This document shows, piece after piece, positions 14,515 to 26,089 of a DNA stretch of 64,000 nucleotides. A program made the translations under genes and the position numbers. This DNA comes from Lepidodermella squamata (lineage: Eukaryota > Animalia > Gastrotricha). The DNA is taken from contig JBLDXI010000001.1 in NCBI GenBank assembly GCA_047495785.1, positions 3,348,001 to 3,412,000 of the forward strand, given 5' to 3'. Numbering within the stretch: the first letter of the stretch is position 1; each line of letters begins with the position of its first letter. The notes under the pieces are model-generated. The model did no database searches. It was not told the origin of the DNA and saw nothing but the letters and a program-made list of their open reading frames with translations.

Positions 14515-15679
14515 TTAGATGTGCTTGTTGTCTGGCTTGCCAGCAGTAGCTTGACGGCGCTTCTTGATAGCATCTGAAAGTTTCTGGTTCCAAACCTAAA
14601 AATTGGAAAATTCAAAGAGTAATTTCCTATATTTAGCTGAATTTTTACTCACCTTGGCTTCATCCGCAGTCAGCTTGGACGGCTTCATGAACTTCTTCAG
14701 CTTATCAGCATCCATGTTGTTGTCGCGGCCGTTGTGAACGTTGTTCAAGCGGTCTTGAATGATCTCCTCGGCGATGGCATCGAAATTGTTGACTTTCTCA
14801 ATCAACTCGTGCTCTTCGTCCTCGGGTTCTTCGTTGGGCTTGCCGCCGCAGTAGGCGCCACCCTCCTCCTCATCCTGGCCAAGGTGACCCTCAGCAGCGT
14901 CCAGGAAAACAGACCGGCCCATGTGACCTTCATGCTCCTCCTGAAGAAAAATTAATAAAAAATGAAGAAATTTCAAGAAAATTTATTTCACCTCGTTGTA
15001 CTCCTCGTCATCGCGATCATCGACGACTTGGCGGATGATTTCCTTCTCAAGAACAACGACCTTGAAAATTCAAAATAATCTTAATAAAAATGCAAAAATT
15101 TCAAACTTTTAGTGTACCTGATCGTCAACCTTGCCGTCGTGGTCAGTATCAGTTGGGACGAAGTAAATTCGTTCCTTTTGATCAACGACCTCCTTTTGGT
15201 GCTTCGCCTGCTCGTGATGACCAGGTTGTTGTTGCTGTTGTTGCTGCTGATGTTTCTGCTGATTCAGGAGTTGCTGATGAGCCTGGTCTTTCAAGAGCTG
15301 AACCGGGTCTTGGTGGTGAACCGGAGGCTGTTCCTGGCCTTGATGATGAGCATTCTGGCTAGCTTGACGAGTGTGATCCTCGGCATGGCGCATGCGGCCA
15401 TCCGGCTGCAAATTCTTGGCGAACTGACGCATTTGATCGGCAATCATGTTTTGAATATTGCCAATATCGAAGGCATCTGAAATATAAAATTAACTAATTA
15501 TGTATGCTGTTAATATATTCCAGGAATCACCTCAGCAAAATAATCATAAATATTTAGGAAATTTTTCAGAATTTGTTTAAAATAAAACCGTAATTTCTGG
15601 GGTTTGAAGAAAGATCGAAGTGAAACTAACCAACGGCGCAAAGAATCGCAGCGGCAAAAATGATCGATTTGACCAACAT
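14515..15679 (-). CDS. Orphan secreted protein, Gln/His-rich then acidic, with an EF-hand-like loop and a KKRR site
   Basis: Five exons (15679-15631, 15477-15116, about 15060-14992, about 14940-14653, about 14595-14515). Signal peptide MLVKSIIFAAAILCAVDA, poly-Q/H tract, DTDHDGKVDD, acidic region, end ...DAIKKRRQATAGKPDNKHI*. Splice phases are consistent. Confidence 0.8.
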
Positions 15680-16059
15680 TTCTTACGTAATTTCCTCTAA
15701 AATCTGAACGGGAAAGAATTAAATTTAATTGAACAGGTAAAAAATCTAGAAATAAAATGGCGATTTAGCATTCTTATCAATGAAATCAGACGCCATATTT
15801 TAGAGCGCGTGAATTATTCGCACGCGAGGAAAAAATTGCGTAATAGCATTCAAGCCCGCCTTGATCGCGTGCCAGCAATTTTCAAACTAAATTTTACTAC
15901 CCGGATTTTCCTAACAATACATCGGCTAAAGATTGACCAACAATCGATTGATACTCTTATCTTAGACAAATTTACCAAAATTAACCAATTTTTTTAGGTC
16001 GTTTTGAAAAAAGTACATCCGTCCCAATTTTCTTCGCGCGCCGTCGATTTTTTTTAGAC

Positions 16060-16293
16060 ATGGCTAAGCAACAGCGAGTTATTTTCGGCTGTTTGATGCT
16101 TGGCCTGGTCGTGGCTGTCAGCGCTGTTCATATCAGTGACGAAGAGCTGGCGCAACTGACGCGTCGAAACAGCGCGAAACCGCAGCCATCGATGAAGAAA
16201 CTTCAACCCGACGTTGCTAAGCTGATGAAGCCGAAGTCGGAGGAGAATTCCGACGAGAAGAGTGACGAGGCCAGTTTTTTTAAAAGCGATTGA
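16060..16293 (+). CDS. Small orphan secreted protein or prepropeptide-like ORF (77 aa)
   Basis: Signal peptide MAKQQRVIFGCLMLGLVVAVSA, dibasic RR and KK sites, coding-like GC content, acceptor tttttttag two nt before the ATG. The 3' end of the model is uncertain. Confidence 0.6.
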   Translation: MAKQQRVIFGCLMLGLVVAVSAVHISDEELAQLTRRNSAKPQPSMKKLQPDVAKLMKPKSEENSDEKSDEASFFKSD

Positions 16294-16394
16294 GGTGCGA
16301 GAATTATATTATTATAATTAAAACTCACCTTCTGTCATTTTTCGATCGGAAAAAGTGGACAAACGCAAACTGTTTTTTTACTAGCTGTGTAAAA

Positions 16395-19345
16395 ATGTCT
16401 TTAGCCTGGCCGAAGGATTTTCACGATCATTTTGTTATTATCAATGTTTCGGGTTTTCGATTTTTGTTGAAGAAGCGGCAGATTTTCAGGCACCCGAGAT
16501 CGCGACTCGCGCTGATTATCGCCGACGAGTCGACGAATGGCCGCGAGTTGTACTGCGATCGAAATCCTTACTTCTTCCCGTTCATCTGCGATTACTACCG
16601 GCACGGCGTTATGCACATTCCATCACTAACGTGTAAGAGCTAGAGAAATCGCATACAGGGTGTTTCAAAAGCAACACAACCGATTTGTAGATATAGGTAG
16701 CGACGCTAATTTTTCGAAGTGGAGCAAATTACGCACCTCATTAACATGGTTGCGCCGACAAATCCGGATGCGTTAACGTGTTTCAGTTTTATTTGTTTAA
16801 TTATCAAATGACGGCCTATATTTTTCATAATATGTTGTCCCCTCGGGCAGGCCTAGTCAACCGTGGCGATTTTCGCCAAATTCGCCAAATTCGCCAAATT
16901 TCCGAACTGCCAGCATCCGCACAGATTTCAACCAAATGTCATAGAAATTTGAGGAATAATACATTGAATGACAGGGAGCCCAAAGTGCTGATGTGTCGAA
17001 ACGCAATAAAATGGGTTTCCTGAATTTTCATAGCTAATAAATGCTATGTGGTCTCGGTATATTTAGGAGATTTAGGTAATGTCATTGGCTGAGTCATCCG
17101 TTCACTTGCGCGATTTATTGATGCTATGTTTCCCTATCATTGCACAAACACTCTACAGCAGTTGGACTCAGGTAAAGCAGGTAAAAGGCCTAATTTTGCC
17201 AATTTGCCAGTCATTTTTTATTGTTTTCGCTATTTAAGCGTAATTGTATTGCATAATAAGTGCTCTATTTTAGCAATACGAAGTTCACTCTTACTTAGGA
17301 TCACTTAGGTACAATCGAAGGTGATTATATCAGCAAATACATTATAAATGAAGGGTTTTCCTGCATTTAAAACGATTAAAATGCATTTTTTGACATAATT
17401 TGACATCTTTTTCACAGTATTTGGCCACTGAGGACGTTCTGGACTTATTCGTTCACCCAAAATGATGATAGAGATAGTTTGCCTCGTATTCCTCATTCTT
17501 TTATTGACGCCCTGAGTCACTAGTATGACAAAATTATGATTTATATGGTCATTTCTAAATTTGCCTATAAGAATGACCGAGCGTCCCATAAATGGGACAT
17601 TGCGTAACTCGGAGACGGTTGGGGGTGGGGTCACCAAATTTCTTTTCTCATATTTATGATACCAACATCAATTCCTAAAAAGATTATGACCGTAGCATCA
17701 AAATCCTAGATGCCGGTCTAAACGGGTTAACCTATAACAACTCTTTTAATGTGATTTCAGCGGTAAATGCCGACTCTTTATTTTCCAGATTGTTGGACTA
17801 TAGTTCGCGAAGAACTTCTCTTCTGGGGTATTAGCCTTGAGGCGATGCAAGACTGCTGTACAATACGTAAGTTGTAACGACCTTAACGCGACGCATCAAA
17901 AATTCATAAAAAATTCTCATAGCGCTATCCGACGACCTTCGAGCACTTGATAAACGAAAGAAACTACGTGAGATTTTGAGTTCAAATGCTGCTAATAAGT
18001 TTTATTCGCAATAATGCATTCGTAAAATCAGAGCGAGTTTTCGGCGATGACAAAATCTTGACGACAAAATCAGTTGAATACATATCGCTGACTCGAGCCC
18101 ACGCTCTCCAAAAAGGCTACCACTTCCTATATCAGCCTTGGAAATCGTTCATCGGCCGAACCTACTACATGTTATACACATTTCTGACCATTTTATACGC
18201 TTTCATTTTCATGTTCGAGTGCGTCTTCTGGTCCCGCGATACTTCAAAACTTGAGCAGCACATTCAAGCTTGTTCTGGCTCGAATGAAACATCAACTGTT
18301 CACAGCTATATCGCGGCTAATCGAACCTATCAAGAAGCCCTGGAAATGGGAAATTGGCCCAAGGCGTATCAGTTATCATCTCCTGCGTCGATATTTTTAT
18401 ATGTCGACGCGATGTGCGTAAGAGTTCAACTTTTTTCCTGTAAAATGTCCAACGATTTGCCTTATTCAAAGCTTGCAATATTTGCCGTAGATTTCATGCT
18501 ACGGTTCAGTTTCTTCCCATCTATCGCCTCATTCGCCGTGCAGCCATTGCACATTATTGATTTTATTTCGCTCAGTCTCAACTGCGTTGCATTCTACCTG
18601 GGACATATCATCTACGAGCCATTTTGGTGCGACGAAAACAGCGGTAATTATGCATTTTGAATTTTGAATTTTACAAATCGCATAGAATTTCGCCCTTATA
18701 ATTTATGCTTTTCGAAGCTCTTAACCTTTCAATTATTGTTATTATCTAGTTTCGATATACTTCAGCCTCGAAATTTCCCGAATCATCCGCCTGGTTCGCC
18801 TCTTCTGCCTATCTCACAAGTACAGCTGGATGTACGTAATGCTTCTAACTTTTCGCGAGACTGTCGTCGAATTGTTTCTTCTGATCTGTTTCCTATCAAT
18901 CGGCGTCGCGTTATTTGGCCTCGCAGTTTACATTCCTGAACTGGACACAACGAGCGGCAAGATTCTTCAGCCATTTCAAGGCTTTTGGTACTCGATTGTA
19001 ACAATCACAACGCTTGGCTACGGCGATTTCACTCCATCGACGCCCATCGGCTACGCGGTCGGAGCAGTTTGCTGCACTTCGGGCGTCATTTTTGTCTCGC
19101 TTCAGATGCCGTTAATCGCGACTATTTTCTCCGATTTTTATGATTATTCGCTGGAGCAAAGATTGCGCATTAAGGCAGAGGCTGCCGAAGCCAAGGAGGC
19201 GAAACTAGAACAGCAGGTCGCGGCAAATAGGACTCAGGGTGGCGAAACGCGGAGCCGGGTGGGTTTCAGCGGGGTTTCGTCGATTGATGAAAATAAATCT
19301 GTTAGATCTGCGAAAACGAAGTCTGTCAAATCGATGAAAGCTTGA
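16395..19345 (+). CDS. Shaker-superfamily Kv channel subunit, Shaw/Kv3-like and divergent
   Basis: T1 domain (IINVSGFRF, ELYCDRNPYFFPFICDYYRHG, H..C..EELLFWG..DCC), S4 LEISRIIRLVRLF, pore FWYSIVTITTLGYGDFTP, S6 GVIFVSLQMPLI. First exon 16395-16632, intron 16633-17788, then further GT-AG exons. Confidence 0.88.
16653..17730. mobile_element. DNA-transposon fragments inside Kv intron 1
   Basis: TA|CAGGGTGTTTCAAAA (Tc1/mariner-type terminus) at about 16654, (TTCGCCAAA)3 at about 16871-16898, and ...AAACGGG|TTAA (piggyBac-type terminus) at about 17726. Partner ends were not found. Confidence 0.4.
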
Positions 19346-19497
19346 ACTCGAAAAAGCTAAAAACTTGGAAACTAACTCGAAAAATAAATAATAAAAAACA
19401 ATGAGTAGAATAAATTGAAATTATTTTCAACTTTTGGCTCTTTTGTTGAGGAAATATGTTGAGACTTGAGCCCACAGGCCTGGAAAAGAATAAATGT

Positions 19498-19760
19498 CTT
19501 AGTGGAATCAACGAATCCACAAAATCGCAATTGGCTGGACTAAAATTTGTAGAGGCACGCGATTGGTTAGATTTTCCAGCATCTTAGCGTGTTATTTCTT
19601 GACCTGAATTTCCCGGGTTCGACTCGTGGTGACCGTGCAGCGTTTTTCTGAGACTTTTTTTTGCTTTTCAAGAAATAACATGCCAAGATGCTGGAAACAC
19701 TAACCAATCGCGTGCTTCAACAAATTTTAGTCCAGCTAATAGCGATTTTGTGGATTCGTT
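19498..19760. mobile_element. Foldback MITE, family A copy 1 (right end truncated)
   Basis: Inverted arms of about 100 nt (CTTAGTGGAATCAACGAATCCACAAAATCGC...GCGATTTTGTGGATTCGTT). Clearly homologous to 45390-45677. Confidence 0.85.
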
Positions 19761-21010
19761 AGTTAAGTAATGAGTAATGAGGTGCACCTGTGATCGTCCT
19801 TGATGCCGTAGCGCAGGATAAATATGGACATGAGAATTGTGCACGCTTCGGCTTTGCAGTTGCAGTTTTGTAACGCCGTACGATAAAATCACAGTTTGTT
19901 GCATAAAATACCCGTCTTTTGAGCTTTCGAATGGCGCAAGTCCCAAGGTGATTGGAGCAATACTTGTTAAGAAATGTTATAAGCAAGGCAACTTAAACGT
20001 CGATTTGGGACCCCCTCTTATCTCCCGAACAAATAATCAGTTTGGAGCAAAAATTGGCAGGGATATCCTAAAAGAGCTCTGCTATCTCAGATATCGAAGG
20101 AAAAATAAAGTTTTTTTGCCGGGCATTCACCTGAAGGTTAGGTGAAAATCTTGTAATTTTTGACTGTAATAAAGATGCGGCTGAGCGAAAAACTATTTTT
20201 CTCATTTTTAGAAAATCAGACATCTGTCACAATTTTTTTCCAAATTTGACCCAAAGCTCAGAAAAACCTGAACATTCACATGCATGTGCAAATGAGCTCG
20301 TCAAGAGTATCAGGTAAAAATCGAAAAATCACCAAATTTGACCGATAAATCTGGGTTCGCCTTGTACCAAAATTTATCGATTTCTGAATTTCTGAAGTAG
20401 CACTGATTTTTATTCCTTGAAAAACATGGGTTTTGTCCAAAATTACCCGCCCTTACGGTAGTCATTGAAAGTAAGGGTCTAATTTTGGAAAATAAATTAA
20501 AAGAGATGGTGTATAAGTGTTTCTCTCGAATTTAACGACGCGGAGAACTTTGCTGATCGAACCCGATTTATCTGGAGCCCCTAAATCAACATTATCAACA
20601 AACAAGCGTCAATGTCACACGAGGGTTCTTTATTGTGATACCGCCGTCACTTGCATTTTATCAAACACACAGTTCACAGTTCATATCACTTCTTATACAA
20701 CTTTAAGACGGTGACAATATTATAATCAACGGAGAGGAGCGTGAAGAGGTCGCTACATCAAAGTTGTTGGCTAGTTTTCGAATTCGCAGTTTAGTAGCTA
20801 TACGCAAGTACTAAAATGCAAGCAACCTAGTGCGTCGAGTCTAAAATTATACAATTTTTCGCTTCAATTTCAACCGGCTGTTAAGTGAAATAAAACAACG
20901 ACGACAGCCTGCATTAATTAGTTAATTAATTAGAACTATATTTTACGCGGGTTTCTTATATTTTCAATAGTGATTTATTGGTTTCGGTGGGTTATGAAGA
21001 AGCCGGTGAT

Positions 21011-22393
21011 TTAGTGGATGTCGTGCACTTCCGGGCAGGCAAGCTCGGGCTTGTGGTAGCCGAGCTCCTCGAGGGTCGGGATGCCGAGTTCATCCATGGT
21101 CGGCTTCAGCTCCTGCATCATGAACGGCCAGATCTCCTTCGCCTTCGGGCCGGCCTTGAAGCGGATCACCTCGAGGAAGCGGATGGCGAGGCCGAGGTCG
21201 TTGAGGCGGCGGCACGCCCGCAGCGCCTCGGCGGCCACCTTCGGATCGGGCACGCAGTCCTCGCCGTGCAGGTCCTGCAGGCGCTTGCGCATCCACCACG
21301 TGTCCAGATTCGGGTCCTTGAAATAGCCGATGTAGCGCTTGTCGAAGTCATCCCAGCTTTCGGTGGGCGCCTTGCCGTCGCCGTGATGCGCCGACGAAAA
21401 GCGAACCGAGCCTAAAATAGAATAATCAATACCAATATTTCTCAGAAATACAAAGCGATTAAAAAGAAAATCGTATAACAATAAAAACTCAGATAACCCG
21501 AATGATGAAAATTTCAGAAACAAGACATTTGCAGCCAATCTTGAAAATGAAATCTAAATTGTGCTTGATCCCGTTCTTGAATAAGCTTCAAATCACAATT
21601 TTAATCATTTTCAAGGATTTTTGAAAAATTGTTGAGAAAATCGAAATTAATCCAACGGCAAAGAGGATGCTATCATCACAATTTGAGGCTGTTAAGCATG
21701 AGAGCTAGCGGAAATGCCTCGTGAATGGACTAAAATCGGCTTAATCTAATTGCAGCTTCCCTTTGAAACTTGAATCTTGGGTTAAACCAAAAGTTAGGAT
21801 GGCAATCAAACTGAAGCCTCCACTTATGCCGTTGCAACTGGAGCAGGGAACGTCTTGACTGTTCTGGTTACCTCAACCCAAAACGAAAAATCTGATTGAG
21901 TTGGAACCAGCTTAATGGCAGCTCCCTAATTTTTTTAGGGTAAAAGGTAATGCCCATGTCCATGCTTCATTCGAGCACGACATTGACGAGAAATTTCCAT
22001 TGCTTCTAAGATGATTAACTGCTTCCCAAGTATAAACATATTTTTTTGCCGTTTATCCGCAGCTGCAGCGATGTATACATACTGAAAATTGTTTATTTTT
22101 CGAAATCTTCCTCATTTATTTAGGAGCCATATACATTATCAAACATAATTACCAAGCTTAATTATCACAAATTTGGTAACTGAACACCTTGCAAATATAA
22201 GCTTATCGAGCTAGATTTCCTCTAAAATATTGCTCTAAATCCTCTAATTCCTCTAAATATGATTTTCCAGTTCGTTAGCTTCCACCCACGATAAGATCAA
22301 TATAAGTATGCTCAAATTTAACTTACCAAGCATGGCCGGAGCCTTGGCCAGGCGCTGCGACAGAACAACGCACGATCTGGCGAGCAGCGACAT
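21011..22393 (-). CDS. COX5A: Cytochrome c oxidase subunit 5A
   Basis: Exon 1 22393-22327 gives the presequence MSLLARSCVVLSQRLAKAPAML. Exon 2 21411-21011 has FDKRYIGYF..D.WWMRK, AALRACRRLND-like AEALRACRRLNDLGLAIRFLE, and ELKPTMDELGIPTLEELG. AATAAA about 30 nt after the stop. Confidence 0.95.
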
Positions 22394-22522
22394 ATCAAGT
22401 CTTTAACAAGTCCTATTCCGAAAAATAGAAACCAACATTAAGGTGGCAATTTTTAGTTTTCCAACCACAACAAGGCAGTAAAATAAAGGCATTTCTTTTG
22501 CCGCGACTCGAATAATTATAAT

Positions 22523-24344
22523 CTACTCATTTTCATCGGAAGATTTCGCTTTCTTCGCGTTTTCATCGCCATCTTCACCGGCGCCGCCGTTCAACTTGGC
22601 CTTGCCGGGCTTTTTCGAACCCGGACCCCAAAAAGGTGGCGGTATTTCATAGCGTACTAATTTCAACAATTTAGACGGTGCCGTGGCTTCAGGGTGCGTT
22701 TCAAACGAAATTTTATGAGTCGGCTCTTTCGCCAAAATCGCATTCCCAGCCGTATGTTGCTCTTTTCTATTCGCACTAATCGGATGGTCTTTCACCCAAG
22801 TTCGCATAATATCCTACAATAAATCATAAAAATTATGAAAAAATCTGAATATTCAATATAAAATTACCCAGATTAATTCAGATGGTGCATCAGTTTTAAC
22901 TGAAGCTTTTTCGGCATGGGACAAAGACACGCGGTAACCCGCGTTCAAAATGGCACTCTTCAACACTAAAGCCGGCGGTGATGAGCAGTGAAGAACGCCG
23001 CTCAATCGATCAATCACGTGGTAGAGCGGTACATCGGGCAATTCTTCCCTCAGTAAAGCAATAGTCCCTTCAATTCGTTTAATCGTCGCTAGTTTCGATA
23101 GAGGTTCGCTTGAAATCAACTCATTGAGGCCTTTCAAGAAATCAGCGTTGCAAGTTGGCGCCGACCAAATCGGTCCACCCATTTGGAAACGCCAACCGCA
23201 ATCTTTACACCGATCAGGCGGATGGCCGTCTACTGTCGGGGCGAATTGATCTTTTTCAACGTTTATTATAGTAGCCATGGGTTGGAATTGGAATGAACCA
23301 CAGCCGATGCACCGGTGGACCATCGATAATTTCGTACAAGATAATTTTGCTCGTTTCGCACCTGTCCAAACGCGCACAAAAACACGCCTAAAATTGAAAA
23401 AGAAAAACAAGAAAGTCCACCTTAATCAAAATTTCACAACAATTTACATGTAAAAATCAGCTGAAAGCGCCAGAAGAGGTTCGATCGATCGGCCATATCG
23501 GTTAGCATGAGAATCGATAGATCTGAGGAGAATTCGAAGCCCCATTTCATGGCAGAAAGGCGCGTTTAAGCCAATCTAAAAATGTAAATGAAATTCCGAA
23601 AATCAAAGGTGAAGATTGAAAATACCGATCCGTAAATAGCATGACAAGTTTCGACATGTTTCCCGCACAGAATCGCAGCATCTGTTGCAGTAATACACAG
23701 CAACCCGCCGTCTTCAACCGCTTGAACGGCCGAGTCGAGGAATGGTGCTGGGGTGCCGAAAGGGTCGATATCAATCACATCGTAGCGACGAATAGCGGCG
23801 GTAGGGCGAGAGGCAAACATCACAGCAATAGCGTCGTCCTCCGTAATTTTCATCATGTTTTCGATGTTATTCAATTTTACGTTTTCAGTCAGAAGGCGAA
23901 CAGCATCTGCGCTCAAATCGTTCGCATGAACTTCTTCAACACCTGAAATAATTTGAGAAATTGAAGATTTTCAACACTTTGGAATGCTAATTAACCTGGA
24001 GCTTCGAGGGCAAATCGAATCGCTCGCAGCCCAGTTGCGGCGAGTGGTTCCAGGATTCGAATTCCCTTCTCCGATTTTTCGCCACGTTTCAACTCTGCGA
24101 ATTTTGCATCATCTTTCATTTTTTCTCGAACAAATTGCGAAATAACTGCGATTGTTAAATCACGATTGAATTGTTGAACAGGGTTGTAGAAAACTTTCGG
24201 ACCAGCCGAAATTCGCGCCTTTCCCTCTGCAATTTCGTCGCCAATCGTTGACTGGGGATGGCGCGGGTCAGCCGCGGTTTTCACCTCACTTGACGTCATT
24301 AAAAATCGCCTTAAAATGAGTCTAGGCGAAAAACGAACGATCAT
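22523..24344 (-). CDS. TRMT1: tRNA (guanine26-N2)-dimethyltransferase
   Basis: VFYNPVQQFNRDLT, ILEPLAATGLRAIRFALE, DVIDIDPFGTP, GGLLCITATD, GGPIWS, SAILNAGYRVSLSHA..KTDAP. Five exons. Start may be 24344 or 24299. Confidence 0.93.
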
Positions 24345-24538
24345 TGTAAAGCATTCTATCAATAAATTTTTACGATTTTCAACCGTTGGCTTTGAAAAGC
24401 ATGCACTTATATCAAACTAGAAGAGAAGAGATTAAGGTGATTATTCACGCCGTCTCCGATTTGTCAAAAGAAAGAACTCGTGATGATCATTAGCAACACG
24501 TCAATTTCAAGTCTGAAAATTTCACCGGCTCTTTTTGT

Positions 24539-25882
24539 TTAGAAATTCGAATTGAGCAAATATTTTCGAATAACTCCATCGCGGCAAGCCGTGTAGATGT
24601 AACGGCCGTCACTGACCAGGCGTGTCACCGGCTCGCAATCCGCACCGGTCAGTTCGATAACCGGGCCTTTGTTCGCCTTCTCCGAGGCAAGTTTCGTGAA
24701 CATCGCATTTCCAACCGAATACGCTGATCCATCCGAGGAAGTAGCCCACAAACGATTATCGATGACTTGCAGGCTCAAAATCGCGCCTCGAGTACGGTTG
24801 TCGACATGAGCGACCGGCAATTCAGGTCGGCGCATGTCCAATGCGTAGATTTGACCATCCTGAGTACCGCACACGACATGGAATGGCGCAAGGTCGCCCA
24901 GGGTCGTGCAACAGTTGACAGGGGCAGTCAACTTCAGGTCGAACAACTTTTGCCTGAATTCGTCCTCAATCAAACAGCCCAAAAGTCGGCCCGACTCGCA
25001 AGCAGCCAGAACTAACTTTCCATTCGGAGTCTCGCAATTCGGCGGGCAATCAGCTAGAGCAATGCTGTTCAACGGGTAGTTCAACGCGAATTCAAGCGGG
25101 GCTAGCTCGTAAATGTGAATAGGCTGCTGGGTAGAGACGTCCCACAAACGGATAGTTCCGTCTCGAGAGCAGGACAACACATTCCGGCCTTTGTCGATGA
25201 TGGCGGTTTCGTTGATCGCACCGGCATGTCCAACCAAAGTAGCGGCGCAGTTGCCAGTATCAGCCGCCCAGACTCGGATAGTCAAATCAGCTCCAGCAGT
25301 CAAAGCAACGACACCGGATGGGAAAAATCGGCAGGAGTAAATCTCGCCAAAGTGACCTTGCAGTTGCCTCTGTTTTCATTAATAAATCAACAATTTTCAA
25401 CAAGATGTTGGCAAGCACTTACGCGAACTTCGCCAGTAGCAGTATCCCAAATGAATAACTGATCATCACAGGCAGATGAGATGCCGATTCCTCCGTTAGT
25501 AACATCGAGACCTCGAATGTACTTGGAAGACGAATGAATATTCTCGAATTGCTTAGTGACCGAAGCAAAACGCTGTTCAAGAACAGCACCGTCGCCCCAT
25601 TTGCAGGTAACATCAATTGATCCGGTGCTTTTGCGATCGAAGCGAGCCGAAAAGTCGTTGACGCTGAAGTCTTTGTTGCTCTTCTCGTTGATGTAGTCGT
25701 TCAAGACAAGAGAAGAATGAGTCCGAGTGCCGGCTGAAATAAAGCAGAGTGGTATTGGATTCTACCAAAGCAAAGCAAGCATTACCAGCATTTTCAAAAA
25801 TGGCCCAGATTTTTTCGGTCTTTTCACCGACAGAGACTGATTCCCAGTCAGGCTGCAAAATGACGCGGCCCTCAGCGTTCAT
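24539..25882 (-). CDS. PAAF1: Proteasomal ATPase-associated factor 1 (Rpn14-like WD40 protein)
   Basis: N-terminal ILQPDW..KIW, then GHFGEIYSCRFFPSGVVALTAGADLTIRVWAADTGNCAATLVGH..IIDKGRNVLSCSRDGTIRLWD, and C-terminal ELTGADCEPV..IYTACRDGVIRKY. Three exons. Confidence 0.88.
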
Positions 25883-26089
25883 GATTTAAAGTTAAAACCT
25901 ACACACAATGGAAATTATCATTAAACCAATCCATAATTATTTTTTCAACGTGCAGCGTAGTTTGGCATTTAGTGTTTCTAAGAAACTTCAACTCCGGTTA
26001 TCTTAAATCATAAATCTCGACAATTTCGATGTACAGACATCAATTAAATACAATTCACGATTCCAGGACAACTAAGAACCAGATACGAC

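Noticed and set aside
15112-15480. Leu-rich 122-aa + strand ORF resembling a membrane protein
   Set aside because: Antisense shadow of the poly-Gln exon of the minus-strand secreted gene.
19605-19650. Possible tRNA gene (GGTTCGACTC)
   Set aside because: Only a B-box-like piece inside a MITE loop; no A-box or cloverleaf.
20978-21415. Several overlapping ORFs on both strands at COX5A
   Set aside because: Explained by high GC3, which removes stops from other frames.
24480-24516. Box C/D-like GTGATGA...CTGA
   Set aside because: Too short (about 37 nt), opposite to the host transcription direction, no terminal stem.
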